A stretch of DNA of 64,000 nt, taken from assembly GCA_041394265.1 (NCBI GenBank), contig JAWKIO010000005.1:603531-667530 (forward strand), in the 5' to 3' direction. The notes beneath the pieces are model-generated. The model was given only the letters and a program-made list of their open reading frames with translations. It searched no databases and was not told where the DNA came from. Shown here one piece after another: positions 38,339 to 47,970 of this stretch; position 1 is the first letter of the stretch; each line of letters opens with the position of its first letter. The stretch comes from Acidimicrobiales bacterium (GTDB lineage: Bacteria > Actinomycetota > Acidimicrobiia > Acidimicrobiales > SZUA-35). The position numbers were made by a program, and so were the translations under genes.

Positions 38339-39877
38339 TCAGCCCTTCACGTCGGCGAACCGTTCACGCAGCTCGCGCTTGAGGATCTTGTTCGAGCCGG
38401 TCTTGGGGATCTCGTCGATCAGTTCGATGATCCGGGGCACCTTGTAGCTGGCGAGCTGTTGGCGGGCGTAGCGGTCGATCTCCTCGACGTCGATGACCTT
38501 GCCGTCGGGCCCCGGCCCGTTCGGCACGACGATCGCCATGACGGTCTCGCCCCATTGTTCGGACTCGACACCGATCACGGCGACCTCGTAGATCCCTTCG
38601 TGCTTCTCGAGCGCCGCCTCGATCTCGGCGGGATAGATGTTCATCCCGCCGCTGATGATCATGTCCTTCTTGCGGTCGCAGATGAAGAGGTAGCCCTCGT
38701 CGTCGCGGTAGGCGATGTCGCCGACGGTGTGCCAGCCATCGCGATCGTCGGCGGCGTACTTTTCCTCGGCCTTGTAGTAGGTGTCGAACACCGACGATGC
38801 CCGCACGAACAACTCGCCCGGCACGTTGGGTTCGTCGATCGTGTTGCCGTCGTCGTCGAACAGGGCGACCTCGACGAATGGCGCCGGCTTGCCGCACGAT
38901 CCGGGCTTGCGCATCTGGTCTTCGGGGGCCAGGACGGTGTTGACGCCCATCTCGGTGGAGCCGTAGACCTCCCACAGCGACTCGGGCGGGAAGTCCTTGA
39001 TGTACGCCTCTTTGAGCGGGTGCGGCCAGGGCGCAGCGTTGGCGATCATGATCTTCATGCTGGACGTGTCGTACTTTGCCTTGACCTCGTCGGGGAGGTT
39101 CACCACCATCCGGATCGGGGTGGGCGCCGAGAAGGTCGATGAGGCCTTGTAGGTGTCGATGAGGCGCAGCCAGTCCTCGGGGTCGAACTTGTGCTGCAGC
39201 ACCACGGTGTTGCCGAGCGTGTGAGCGATCCCGGCGAAGCCCCCGGGACCGCTGTGATAGAGCGGGCCACAGGTGATGTAGACATCGCCGGGGCCGTAGC
39301 CGATCAGGTTCAGCAACCCGGCGCCCTGTTCGGGCGACGAGGTGGCGTGGCGCACCGCACCCTTGGGATTGCCCGTCGTGCCCGAGGTGTAGATCATCGT
39401 GCCGGCGGCGGCCTGGTCACGGTCGACCTCGGCGTCAGAACCGAAGAAGTCGTCCTGCGAGATCTGGCCTTCGAGGGGCTCCCCACCGAAGATCACGACC
39501 TGCTTCACGGCCGGGATCTCGCCGCGGATCCGGGCGAGCAACGGGGCGAACTCCACGTCGGCGAAGATCAGCTCCGAGTCGGAGTTGTTGATCACGTAGA
39601 CCGACTCGGGGTCCGAAAGGCGGTAGTTGAGCGGCACCGAGATGGTGCTCGCCTTGCGGGCGGCGTGGTAGAAGGCGAAGACCTCGAGCGAATTCTGCCC
39701 GAGCCACATCACCTTGGCGCCGGCGTCGATCCCCGCATCGACGATGCCATTCGCCAGTCGATTGGCGCAGGCGTTGAACTCGGCGAAGGTCATCTGCCGG
39801 GGCTCCTGCCCCGGTCGATCGTCGACGACGGCGACCTTGTCGGGTGTGGCCTGGGCGTGGGCGGTGAGCAGATCCAT
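38339..39877 (-). CDS. Acyl-CoA synthetase (AMP-binding, long-chain fatty acid-CoA ligase-like)
   Basis: YTSGTTGNPKG, YGSTE, TVGD, IISGGMNIYPAEIE and KILK motifs. Confidence 0.93.
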   Translation of the reverse strand: MDLLTAHAQATPDKVAVVDDRPGQEPRQMTFAEFNACANRLANGIVDAGIDAGAKVMWLGQNSLEVFAFYHAARKASTISVPLNYRLSDPESVYVINNSDSELIFADVEFAPLLARIRGEIPAVKQVVIFGGEPLEGQISQDDFFGSDAEVDRDQAAAGTMIYTSGTTGNPKGAVRHATSSPEQGAGLLNLIGYGPGDVYITCGPLYHSGPGGFAGIAHTLGNTVVLQHKFDPEDWLRLIDTYKASSTFSAPTPIRMVVNLPDEVKAKYDTSSMKIMIANAAPWPHPLKEAYIKDFPPESLWEVYGSTEMGVNTVLAPEDQMRKPGSCGKPAPFVEVALFDDDGNTIDEPNVPGELFVRASSVFDTYYKAEEKYAADDRDGWHTVGDIAYRDDEGYLFICDRKKDMIISGGMNIYPAEIEAALEKHEGIYEVAVIGVESEQWGETVMAIVVPNGPGPDGKVIDVEEIDRYARQQLASYKVPRIIELIDEIPKTGSNKILKRELRERFADVKG

Positions 39878-40025
39878 GAGTCCCCCTCGGACGCTGGGAA
39901 GCAGTGCCATCGAAACGATGTCACCGAAACGATGCCTTCGAGGTGACAGGCGTCACCACGAACCGCAGTCTGTCGCGAAGCGCCACTCGGTGCCACTTCG
40001 CCGCGGCGCACTCAGGGGTGCATGA

Positions 40026-41387
40026 TCACGCCGTCGGCTCGTGCCACGGCTCCACGGCGTTCGCCGACGCGACGGCGGCGTACCACCCCGCGCTGGCCTT
40101 CGGCCGCCGTTGCTGGGTCTCGAGGTCGACCTCGACGAGTCCGAACGTGGGCCCGTAACCCCAGGCCCATTCGAAGTTGTCGAGCAGCGACCAGGCGAAG
40201 TATCCGTCGATCGGCACGCCGCGGTCGATGGCGTCGGCCACCTGGTTGAGGTGACGAGCGAGGTAGTCGATGCGGTCAGCGTCGTCGATGCGATCGCCGA
40301 TTCGGTCGTGATCGGCCATGGCCGCCCCGTTCTCGGTGATCATGATGCGGGGGAAGCCATGACGTTCGTGCAGATCGTTCAGCAGCTTGCCGAGGGACGG
40401 CGGATGGATCTCCCACTTCATGGCGGTTTCGGCGCCCCGGCCCTGCTTCTCACCGAAGAACGCACCGATCAGTTGGCGGGTGTAGTAGTTGATACCGAGT
40501 ACGTCGATCGGCTGGGCGATCAAGTCGAGGTCGCCGTCGAGGACCTCGGCCTGGTCCCAGGCCAATCGTTCGGTGGCGAAGGCCGGGTACCCGCGGCCAC
40601 CGAGGGGGTCGGAGTACCACCGGTTGTCGTACTCGTCGATCAACTGCTGACGTTCGAGCGCCGCCGGTGAGTCACCGATGCGGGTCACCGGCGTGAAGTT
40701 GAGGACGATGCCGACGTTGGCGTCGGGCACTGCGGCGCGAACGGCCTGCATGCCGAGGCCATGCGCCAACAGGATGTGGTGACTGGCCGCCAGCGCATCG
40801 GAGAGACTCGAGCGTCCGGGCGCGTGTTCACCGGTGAGGTAGCCGAGGTTGGCGATCACCCATGGTTCGTTGATCGTCATCCAGTTCTTCACGCGATCAC
40901 CGAGTCGCTCGGCGACCGCGGACGCGTACTCGGCGAAGGCCTCGGCGGTCGCTCGGACCGGCCACCCGCCACGGTCTTCGAGGACCTGAGGAAGATCCCA
41001 GTGATAGAGGGTCGGGTGCGGCTCGATGCCGGCCTCGAGGAGCCGGTCGACCAGCCGATCGTAGAAATCGAGTCCGGCCTGGTTGATTGGACCCGTTCCG
41101 CCAGGGAGGACCCGAGGCCAGGCGATCGAGAACCGATACGCGCCCAGCCCCATGTCGGCCATCATCGCGACGTCGTGGTCGTAGCGGTGGTAGTGGTCGC
41201 ACGCCACCGTGCCGTCACTACCGTCGGCGATCACGCCAGGCTGGGTGCAGAACCGGTCCCAGATGCTCTCGCTCTTCCCGTCGACGTCGTGCGCCCCTTC
41301 GATCTGGTAGGAGGAGGTCGCCGTGCCCCATCGGAATCCTTCGGGGAATCGCCGAGGCGCGGTGTCAGGTGGGACGGGGGTGGTCAT
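40026..41387 (-). CDS. GH1 beta-glucosidase
   Basis: FRWGTATSSYQIEG, TINEP, ITENG and WSLLDNFEW motifs. Confidence 0.95.
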   Translation of the reverse strand: MTTPVPPDTAPRRFPEGFRWGTATSSYQIEGAHDVDGKSESIWDRFCTQPGVIADGSDGTVACDHYHRYDHDVAMMADMGLGAYRFSIAWPRVLPGGTGPINQAGLDFYDRLVDRLLEAGIEPHPTLYHWDLPQVLEDRGGWPVRATAEAFAEYASAVAERLGDRVKNWMTINEPWVIANLGYLTGEHAPGRSSLSDALAASHHILLAHGLGMQAVRAAVPDANVGIVLNFTPVTRIGDSPAALERQQLIDEYDNRWYSDPLGGRGYPAFATERLAWDQAEVLDGDLDLIAQPIDVLGINYYTRQLIGAFFGEKQGRGAETAMKWEIHPPSLGKLLNDLHERHGFPRIMITENGAAMADHDRIGDRIDDADRIDYLARHLNQVADAIDRGVPIDGYFAWSLLDNFEWAWGYGPTFGLVEVDLETQQRRPKASAGWYAAVASANAVEPWHEPTA

Positions 41388-42415
41388 CGAGGTGCTCCGT
41401 TCGGGTCGGGCGGGGCGGTCGAGCGGCGCTCGACCAGGGTGGTGCCGAGTTCGATCCGGCGTTGCGCTTGTGGGTCGTCGCTCGCCATCAACTCGAGCAC
41501 GAGCCTGGCTGCCGTGGCGCCGTGGTTCCTGATCGACTGATGGATGGTGGTGAGGTCCTCGACCCAGGCGATCGGGTGATCGTCGACGCCGATCAGCGAG
41601 AGATCGCGGGGGACGTCGAGACCGCGTTCACGTACGGCCCGCAGGGCGCCGAAGGCCATCTCGTCGGACATTGCGAACACCGCCGTTGGCCGGGGGTCGA
41701 GATCGAGGAGTTGATTCATGGCTTGGTAACCCCCGTAGACGGTGAAGTCGCCACGAACTTCGAGATCGGGCTGCGGCGTCACTCCTGCGGCCGCCAGCGC
41801 CTGGAGGTAGCCGCTCCGGCGATGACGCGACACGTCGAAACCCATGGGGTCCTCCGGCTGGCCACCAATCAACGCAATCGAGCGGTGACCCAGGTCGAGG
41901 AGATGCCGAGTGGCGAGCTCGCCGACTCGTACGTCGTCGATGACCACGCTCGACATCCCGTCGAACTCGAGACCGATACTGACCGCCGGCATGTCCCGGT
42001 GACCGAGCCGATCGATGTCGGACCGACGCAACGCCACATCGACCAGGACCACGCCACCAGTTCCCGGCGGAAGTGAGCTGGACATCAGCCGGTGGCGAGC
42101 CTGCTGATCACCCGTGACGTAGATGAACAGTTCGAATCCCTCGGCCGAGAGCGCCGACTCGACGCCGGCCATGACGGTGGAGAAGTACCAACTGTCGAGC
42201 GCAGGCACCACCAATGCGACGCCGGCGCTGGTCTTGCTGGCCAGACGGGCCGCCGACGCGTTCGGCCGGTAGTTGAGTTCGTTGGCGACCTGCTCGATCC
42301 GCATACGGGTCTCGTCGCTCACGTTGCTGTGCCCACGAAGCGCCCGACTCACCGTGGCGCTCGACACGCGCGCCGCACGAGCGACATCGGCAATCGTGGC
42401 GGGTTTTCGCTCCAT
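41384..42415 (-). CDS. LacI family transcriptional regulator
   Basis: TIADVARAARVSSATVSRAL HTH and a periplasmic-binding-fold C-terminus. Confidence 0.95.
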   Translation of the reverse strand: MERKPATIADVARAARVSSATVSRALRGHSNVSDETRMRIEQVANELNYRPNASAARLASKTSAGVALVVPALDSWYFSTVMAGVESALSAEGFELFIYVTGDQQARHRLMSSSLPPGTGGVVLVDVALRRSDIDRLGHRDMPAVSIGLEFDGMSSVVIDDVRVGELATRHLLDLGHRSIALIGGQPEDPMGFDVSRHRRSGYLQALAAAGVTPQPDLEVRGDFTVYGGYQAMNQLLDLDPRPTAVFAMSDEMAFGALRAVRERGLDVPRDLSLIGVDDHPIAWVEDLTTIHQSIRNHGATAARLVLELMASDDPQAQRRIELGTTLVERRSTAPPDPNGAPR

Positions 42416-42469
42416 GGTGACACCTCTCGTGCCGGCTGCGTCGAGGACTCAGCAACCAGGCGGGGAGAG

Positions 42470-42483
42470 TGTAAACGTTTGCA
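42470..42483. promoter_or_regulatory. LacI-type operator TGTAAACGTTTGCA
   Basis: Near-perfect 14-bp palindrome with central CG, typical of LacI/CcpA-family sites, 55 bp upstream of the lacI start. Confidence 0.75.
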
Positions 42484-42515
42484 GTGCCGAGCAGCACGTC
42501 GTGGTCGAGCCGACG

Positions 42516-43746
42516 ATGTCATGGCGGGCGGGAGATGTCGGGGTCGGCGGGGCTGCCCACGCGAACAAGCCGGTCGAACCCGGGTCCCAGGACTACGCCT
42601 TCGTCGGGTTGGACAACTACCAGTCGATCTTCACCAACGACGACAACTTCGACACCAGTCGCTTCGGCGACCCTGTGGGGCTCGGCCATCCTGCCCTGGG
42701 CCGGCTTCTTCATCGCCGCGGCGGTCCTGCTCGCCATCCTGCTCGGCCGCGAAACCAAGCAGGGAATGAACTTCGGCGGTGCCCCGCTGATGCCGCTGAT
42801 GATGGGCATCGGGCTCTTCAGCTTTGCGCTCTTCACCCATCTTCGGGGCACGATCATCAACAACATCTGGTGGGTCATCGCCGTCACCTCGCTGTCGACA
42901 GCGCTCGGTCTCGCCGTCGCCAAACTCGCCGACGGGGCGAAGTTCGAACCGATGGCCAAATCGTTCGTCTTCATGCCCATGGCGATCTCGTTCGTCAGTG
43001 CCTCGATCATCTGGCGATTGATGATGTATCAAGCCCGTGATGCCTCGAAGTCTCAGACCGGTTTGCTCAACTCGATCTGGGTCTGGCTGGGCAAAGTCAC
43101 CACCCAATCACCAGGCAAAGTGATCATTGGCGGCATCTTCCTGTTGGCCGCCGTGGCGCTGCTCGTCGCCACGGTCCGTGCCCTCGCCAACTCGCCTGCC
43201 GTCGCCGGGCTGTATGGAGTCCTCAGCGTCATCCCCCTGTGGGTCGCCTTCCGGACCTTCGGCGACGGCATCGGCGGATACACACCGATCGAGGGTGACG
43301 TGGTCCGAGCCAACCCGATCAACTTCGTGCAGGGCATCCCCTTCAACAACTTCTGGCTGATGATGATCCTCATCTGGATCCAGACCGGGTTCGCCATGGT
43401 GATCCTCTCGGCCGCCATCAAGGCGGTGCCCGAGGACTTCATCGAAGCGGCCAAGATCGACGGCGCAACCGATGGCCAGATCTTCTGGCGGATCACCGTG
43501 CCCCAGATCCTGCCGACGATCGGTGTGGTGGCCACCACGATCATGGTGAACGTGATGAAGGTCTTCGACATCGTGAAAGTCACGACCAACGGCCAGTTCG
43601 ACACCCAGGTGTTGGCCAATGCGATGTACAACGAAGCCTTCCAATTCGGCAACCGAGGCGTCGGTGCCGCACTGGCCATGGTGCTCTTCCTCGGCATCCT
43701 GCCCGTGATGGTCTTCAACATCTACAACCTGACGAAGGAGGACTGA
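42516..43746 (+). pseudogene. Carbohydrate ABC permease (AglF/MalF-like), frameshifted near 42669 and apparently 5'-truncated
   Basis: FVGLDNYQSIF is in one frame, while TM helices and the EAA loop (EAAKIDGA) are in another. The expected N-terminal TM helix is not visible. Confidence 0.7.
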
Positions 43747-43747
43747 C

Positions 43748-44695
43748 ATGGCTGCAGCCGTGACGACCGCCGGTGCTACGAGCACGGCCGGGAAGATCTA
43801 CACCGCCCTGAGTCGGGTGCCCATGTGGGCCATGGCCATCCTGTGGCTCCTCCCCACGTTCGGGCTCTTCGTCAACTCACTCCGTCCTCGCGACGCCCAG
43901 CGCAACAGCGGCTGGTGGACGCTGGCGAGCGACGGAGAGGGCACACGATTCACGCTCGACAACTACGACACGGTGCTCGGTGCGGGCACGGTGAACTCGA
44001 TCAAGGATTCGTTGCTCAACTCTGCGGCGATCGCCATTCCGGCGACGATCATCCCGATTGCCGTCGCGGCGTTCGCCGCGTACGGCTTCGCCTGGATCGA
44101 CTTCAAGGGTCGCAAGTGGTTGTTCATCGCCGTGGTGTCGTTCCTCGCCATCCCGCTCCAGGTCGCGCTCATTCCGCTCCTTCGCATGTATGTGGGCGGC
44201 GCCCATCTCACCCTGCCGATCATCGACAAGACGCTCACATTGGTCCCGGCATGGGGACTCAACGGCAAGGCCATCTCGGTCTGGCTCACCCACACCGGCT
44301 TCGCCATGCCGTTCGCCATCTTCTTGTTGCACAACTACATCGTGAGCCTGCCGAAGGACATCTTCGAATCGGCTCGCATCGACGGCGCCGACCACTTCAC
44401 CATCTTCTGGCGCCTGGTGCTGCCGCTCTCGGTGCCAGTGCTGGCTGCGTTCGCCATCTTCCAGTTCCTCTGGACCTGGAATGACTATCTCATTGCCGTC
44501 ACGATGCTCGGCTCCGCGGGCGGCGACGCCTTGCCGACCACCGTGGCCATCGCCAACCTTGCCGGTGACTTCGGCAAGAACGAGCACCTCCTCACCGCTG
44601 GTGCATTCGTTCAGGCGTTCTTCCCGCTCGTCGTGTTCTTCTCGCTCCAGCGCTTCTTCGTGAAGGGCCTCCTGGCCGGATCGGTCAAGGGCTGA
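43748..44695 (+). CDS. Carbohydrate ABC permease (AglG/MalG-like)
   Basis: TLDNY, AAYGFAW, ESARIDGA and FQFLWTWND motifs. Confidence 0.93.
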   Translation: MAAAVTTAGATSTAGKIYTALSRVPMWAMAILWLLPTFGLFVNSLRPRDAQRNSGWWTLASDGEGTRFTLDNYDTVLGAGTVNSIKDSLLNSAAIAIPATIIPIAVAAFAAYGFAWIDFKGRKWLFIAVVSFLAIPLQVALIPLLRMYVGGAHLTLPIIDKTLTLVPAWGLNGKAISVWLTHTGFAMPFAIFLLHNYIVSLPKDIFESARIDGADHFTIFWRLVLPLSVPVLAAFAIFQFLWTWNDYLIAVTMLGSAGGDALPTTVAIANLAGDFGKNEHLLTAGAFVQAFFPLVVFFSLQRFFVKGLLAGSVKG

Positions 44696-44721
44696 CGCTC
44701 CGAATTGGGGCGGCAGCTGCG

Positions 44722-45888
44722 TCACGCCAACGGCAATCGCACCGAGACCCGAGCCCCACCGGACTCGGCGTTCTCGGCTGCGCACGTGCCGCCGTGCAAC
44801 TCCACGATGCTGCGAGCGATCGCCATGCCGAGTCCGACCGCACCGCTGCGGTCGCCGCGCCGGAAGCGCTCGAAAACGTGGTCGATCATTCCGGGGTCGA
44901 ACCCTGGACCGTTGTCGCTGACCTCGATCGTGGCAAACGTTTCGTCGAGCCGGGTCGACAGGGTGACGACGGTGGCTCTGGCGGCTGCGTTCCTCGTGAT
45001 GTTGTCGACCACCTGGCGGATGAGGTGGTAGTCGGCGTTGACCACCGCGGCGTTGCCCGGGACGGCCGTGATGGTGACGTCGTCGACGCGGACCGACGCG
45101 GCGACCTCCTCGACCAGAAGGTCGAGACGAAGCGGCGCCAGGCGAGGCTGGGCCTGGCCGTCCTGCAACCGGGCGAACTCGAGAAGTTCGCCGACGCTCG
45201 AGCCGGCACGCTCAGCCGCATCGAGGATCTCCGACAGCGACTCCCGGTAGGCGGCGGCGTCTCGCTCGCGGGCAAGCGCATGGCCGGCCGAGGCCTGGAT
45301 GATCGACAGCGGTGTCCGCAATTCGTGAGCGGCGTCGGCGACGAAGTCGTTCCCGACGCTCGGCACGATGTGCACGGGAGCCGGTCGGCGGCCGAGCAGC
45401 CACCAGGCGACGGCAGTGAGCGCCGCGATCGCCATGAGGCCCATGGCCAGCCACCGCCAGCGAGCACTCGACCGGTCACGCTCGAACGACGACCGATCCA
45501 CCACGGTGACGAGCGATTCGTTGTTGCCGATGCCTCGTGCGTAAGCGAGCAGCGGGCCATCGATGTCGAACTCCCGCCAGTGCTCACCGTCGAGCCCCGC
45601 GTCGCCCAGGCTCTGCAGCGGAGGCTCGATCCAGGTGTCGCCGAACGTGTCCCACCACGGCCCGTCGACGTTGACGATCCATGTGTTGGCCGGGGTCGGG
45701 CCGTCTTCGAGTCGCATCGACATCGAGGCGGCGTCGACGTTGCCGGTTGCCGCTCGTTCGATCTCGGCCCTCGCCCGGTCGACTGCCCGGCTGTAGCCGA
45801 CGAGGCCGAGCGGGCCGACGATGATCGTCGCCGCCAGCGCCATCAGGGCCGTTCCCCTGATGCGATCTCGTCGCGACGGCGTGGTCAC
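44722..45888 (-). CDS. Sensor histidine kinase
   Basis: Two TM helices, AHELRTPL, DNGPG and GLGMAI motifs. Confidence 0.9.
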   Translation of the reverse strand: MTTPSRRDRIRGTALMALAATIIVGPLGLVGYSRAVDRARAEIERAATGNVDAASMSMRLEDGPTPANTWIVNVDGPWWDTFGDTWIEPPLQSLGDAGLDGEHWREFDIDGPLLAYARGIGNNESLVTVVDRSSFERDRSSARWRWLAMGLMAIAALTAVAWWLLGRRPAPVHIVPSVGNDFVADAAHELRTPLSIIQASAGHALARERDAAAYRESLSEILDAAERAGSSVGELLEFARLQDGQAQPRLAPLRLDLLVEEVAASVRVDDVTITAVPGNAAVVNADYHLIRQVVDNITRNAAARATVVTLSTRLDETFATIEVSDNGPGFDPGMIDHVFERFRRGDRSGAVGLGMAIARSIVELHGGTCAAENAESGGARVSVRLPLA

Positions 45889-46577
45889 GTGGGGACGACC
45901 ATGCGGTAGCCGACACCACGAACGGTGTCGATGGCCACGCCGTGCTCACCGGCCGCTCCCCCACCCGGGAGCTCCAGCTTGCGTCGCAGGTTGGCCACGT
46001 GCACATCGACCACGTTGGACAGACCGTCGTAGTGGGCATCCCACACGTGCTCGAGCAAGTCCTCCCGGGAGACCACGGTGCCCGGGCGCCGCAGCAGATA
46101 GTCGAGCAAGCTGAACTCCTTGGGCGTGAGCGGGATCATGATCGCTCCCCGGAAGACCGTGTGCGCCGCCGGATCGAGCCGCAGGTCGCCGAACTCGAGG
46201 ACGGGCGTCGCCGTTTCGGCCGGTCGACGGAGCAGGGCACGAACGCGAGCCGCCAACTCGGGGTACGCAAAGGGCTTCGTCAGGTAGTCGTCGGCGCCGG
46301 CATCGAGCCCGGCCACCTTGTCGGACAGACCATCGCGAGCAGTGAGCAGCAGGACCGGCGTGCGGAACCCCTCGGCGCGGAGTTGCCGGCAGAGTGACAC
46401 GCCGTCGCCATCCGGCAGTCCAACGTCGAGGACGAGGAGGTCGTAGCCGTGCACGCTGGTCGCCTCGACGGCATCGGCGATCGTGCCGACGAGATCGACG
46501 GCGTGGCCCTCCTCGACGAGCCCTCGTACGAGCACGCGGCCGAGTGACGCATCGTCTTCGACCACGAGGAGGCGCAT
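45885..46577 (-). CDS. OmpR-family response regulator
   Basis: LVVEDD, LDVGLP, GADDYLTKPF, LTPKEF and TVRGVGY motifs. Confidence 0.95.
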   Translation of the reverse strand: MRLLVVEDDASLGRVLVRGLVEEGHAVDLVGTIADAVEATSVHGYDLLVLDVGLPDGDGVSLCRQLRAEGFRTPVLLLTARDGLSDKVAGLDAGADDYLTKPFAYPELAARVRALLRRPAETATPVLEFGDLRLDPAAHTVFRGAIMIPLTPKEFSLLDYLLRRPGTVVSREDLLEHVWDAHYDGLSNVVDVHVANLRRKLELPGGGAAGEHGVAIDTVRGVGYRMVVPT

Positions 46578-46599
46578 CGCACCAGTGTCGCACGGGTTC

Positions 46600-46628
46600 G
46601 ATGAAGGAACGATGAAGGCGGCCTTCAT
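46600..46628. promoter_or_regulatory. Candidate response-regulator site: GATGAAGG x2 at 11-bp period plus inverted CCTTCAT
   Basis: Copies at 46600-46607 and 46611-46618, inverted copy at 46622-46628, in the short divergent intergenic gap. Confidence 0.55.
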
Positions 46629-46662
46629 GTTCGTTTCACCGACGACCGCGCATGATCGGACG

Positions 46663-47970
46663 ATGCTGCGCCAGCGCCGAACCCCGCCGTCACGACCGGT
46701 CGATGCAGGACGTGAGCAGGCCACCGAGCGCCGGACGGCGGCGCATGTGCTACGACGCCTCGCCCTGAGTCCGCATCCCGACCGTGTCGACGAGCTCGCC
46801 GGCCGCACATTGAGCGACACCGTTGCTGCGATGTTCGACGAGGGGACGATCCGTCGCCATCAGGCAGCCTCCGCCCCCACCGCCCCACCGTCCGATGACG
46901 ACGACGGCGACCTCGACACCGACGACATCGTGGCGTGGTGGCTCGACCAGATGGCGGCGGCCGACACGGGCATCGTCGACCGCATGGCGTGGTTCTGGCA
47001 TGGACACCTCACGACGAACGCCCAGAAGGTGGGCGACCCGCTACTGATCGCGCAGCAGCTCGACACCCTGCGTTCGGGCGGTCTCGGCAACTTCCGAACC
47101 CTTCTCCACGAGGTGATCACCGGTGGCGCCATGCTCGAGTATCTCGACGCCAACTACTCCGAGGCGTCGAACCCGAACGAGAACCTCGCCCGCGAGCTGA
47201 TGGAGCTCTTCACCGTGGGACGCGGGCACTACAGCGAGGACGATGTTCGAGCCGCCGCCCGAGCGCTCGCCGGCTGGATCGTCGAGTCGACCGACGACGG
47301 ACCGACGACGGTCACCTGGCACCGCGACCGGGCCTTCATCGCTCCGCTGCTCTTCCTCGGTGAACAGGCCAAGTGGGACACCGAGCTCGTCATCGACCGG
47401 CTGTGTGACGACCCGGCAACGGCGGCGCGCGTCGCCTCGGCGCTGTGGGACCACGTGGTGCGACGACCACTGACCGACGAGGGGCGCGAGGAACTGGGGC
47501 GTTGGTGGGCTGGTCGCGACCTCGAGATCCGCCCGCTGGTCGAGCGGATCTGTGCCGACGACGCCTTCGCCGATTCGATCGGGGCCGGGGTCCGCTCCCC
47601 GATCGAGTGGTGGGCTGCAACCACGACCGCCCTCGGGCTTGAGCGTTCGGACCCCTGGGCGATCCGCCAGCTCGGCCAGTATCCCTACGATCCCCCGAAC
47701 GTCGCGGGCTGGCCTGCCGGCGATCGGTGGCTGTCGCCGGGCTCGATGCTCGGTCGCGTGCGATTCCTCTACGGCATCGATCCCGCCGAGCTCCCCGATC
47801 TTCCGGCGGCGACCGACGCCATCCTCGAACGGTGTTCGCTGGTCGACGTCGACCCGTCGACCCGAGACGCCATCGAATCGGTTGCCTCGATCCCCGATAT
47901 CGACCCGGCGAGCCGCGTGGCGGCTCGCTGGCGACTTGCCCTCGCCTCACCGGAGTTCCAGCGCGCATGA
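46663..47970 (+). CDS. DUF1800 family protein
   Basis: RMAWFWHGHL, YLD, PNENLARELMELFTVG and PPNVAGW motifs. Confidence 0.9.
   Translation: MLRQRRTPPSRPVDAGREQATERRTAAHVLRRLALSPHPDRVDELAGRTLSDTVAAMFDEGTIRRHQAASAPTAPPSDDDDGDLDTDDIVAWWLDQMAAADTGIVDRMAWFWHGHLTTNAQKVGDPLLIAQQLDTLRSGGLGNFRTLLHEVITGGAMLEYLDANYSEASNPNENLARELMELFTVGRGHYSEDDVRAAARALAGWIVESTDDGPTTVTWHRDRAFIAPLLFLGEQAKWDTELVIDRLCDDPATAARVASALWDHVVRRPLTDEGREELGRWWAGRDLEIRPLVERICADDAFADSIGAGVRSPIEWWAATTTALGLERSDPWAIRQLGQYPYDPPNVAGWPAGDRWLSPGSMLGRVRFLYGIDPAELPDLPAATDAILERCSLVDVDPSTRDAIESVASIPDIDPASRVAARWRLALASPEFQRA

Noticed and set aside
42484-42668. Intact permease starting at 42484 or 42535, as in the ORF track
   Set aside because: The first ~60 aa are S/T/R-rich off-frame sequence, and the true motif FVGLDNY is in another frame.
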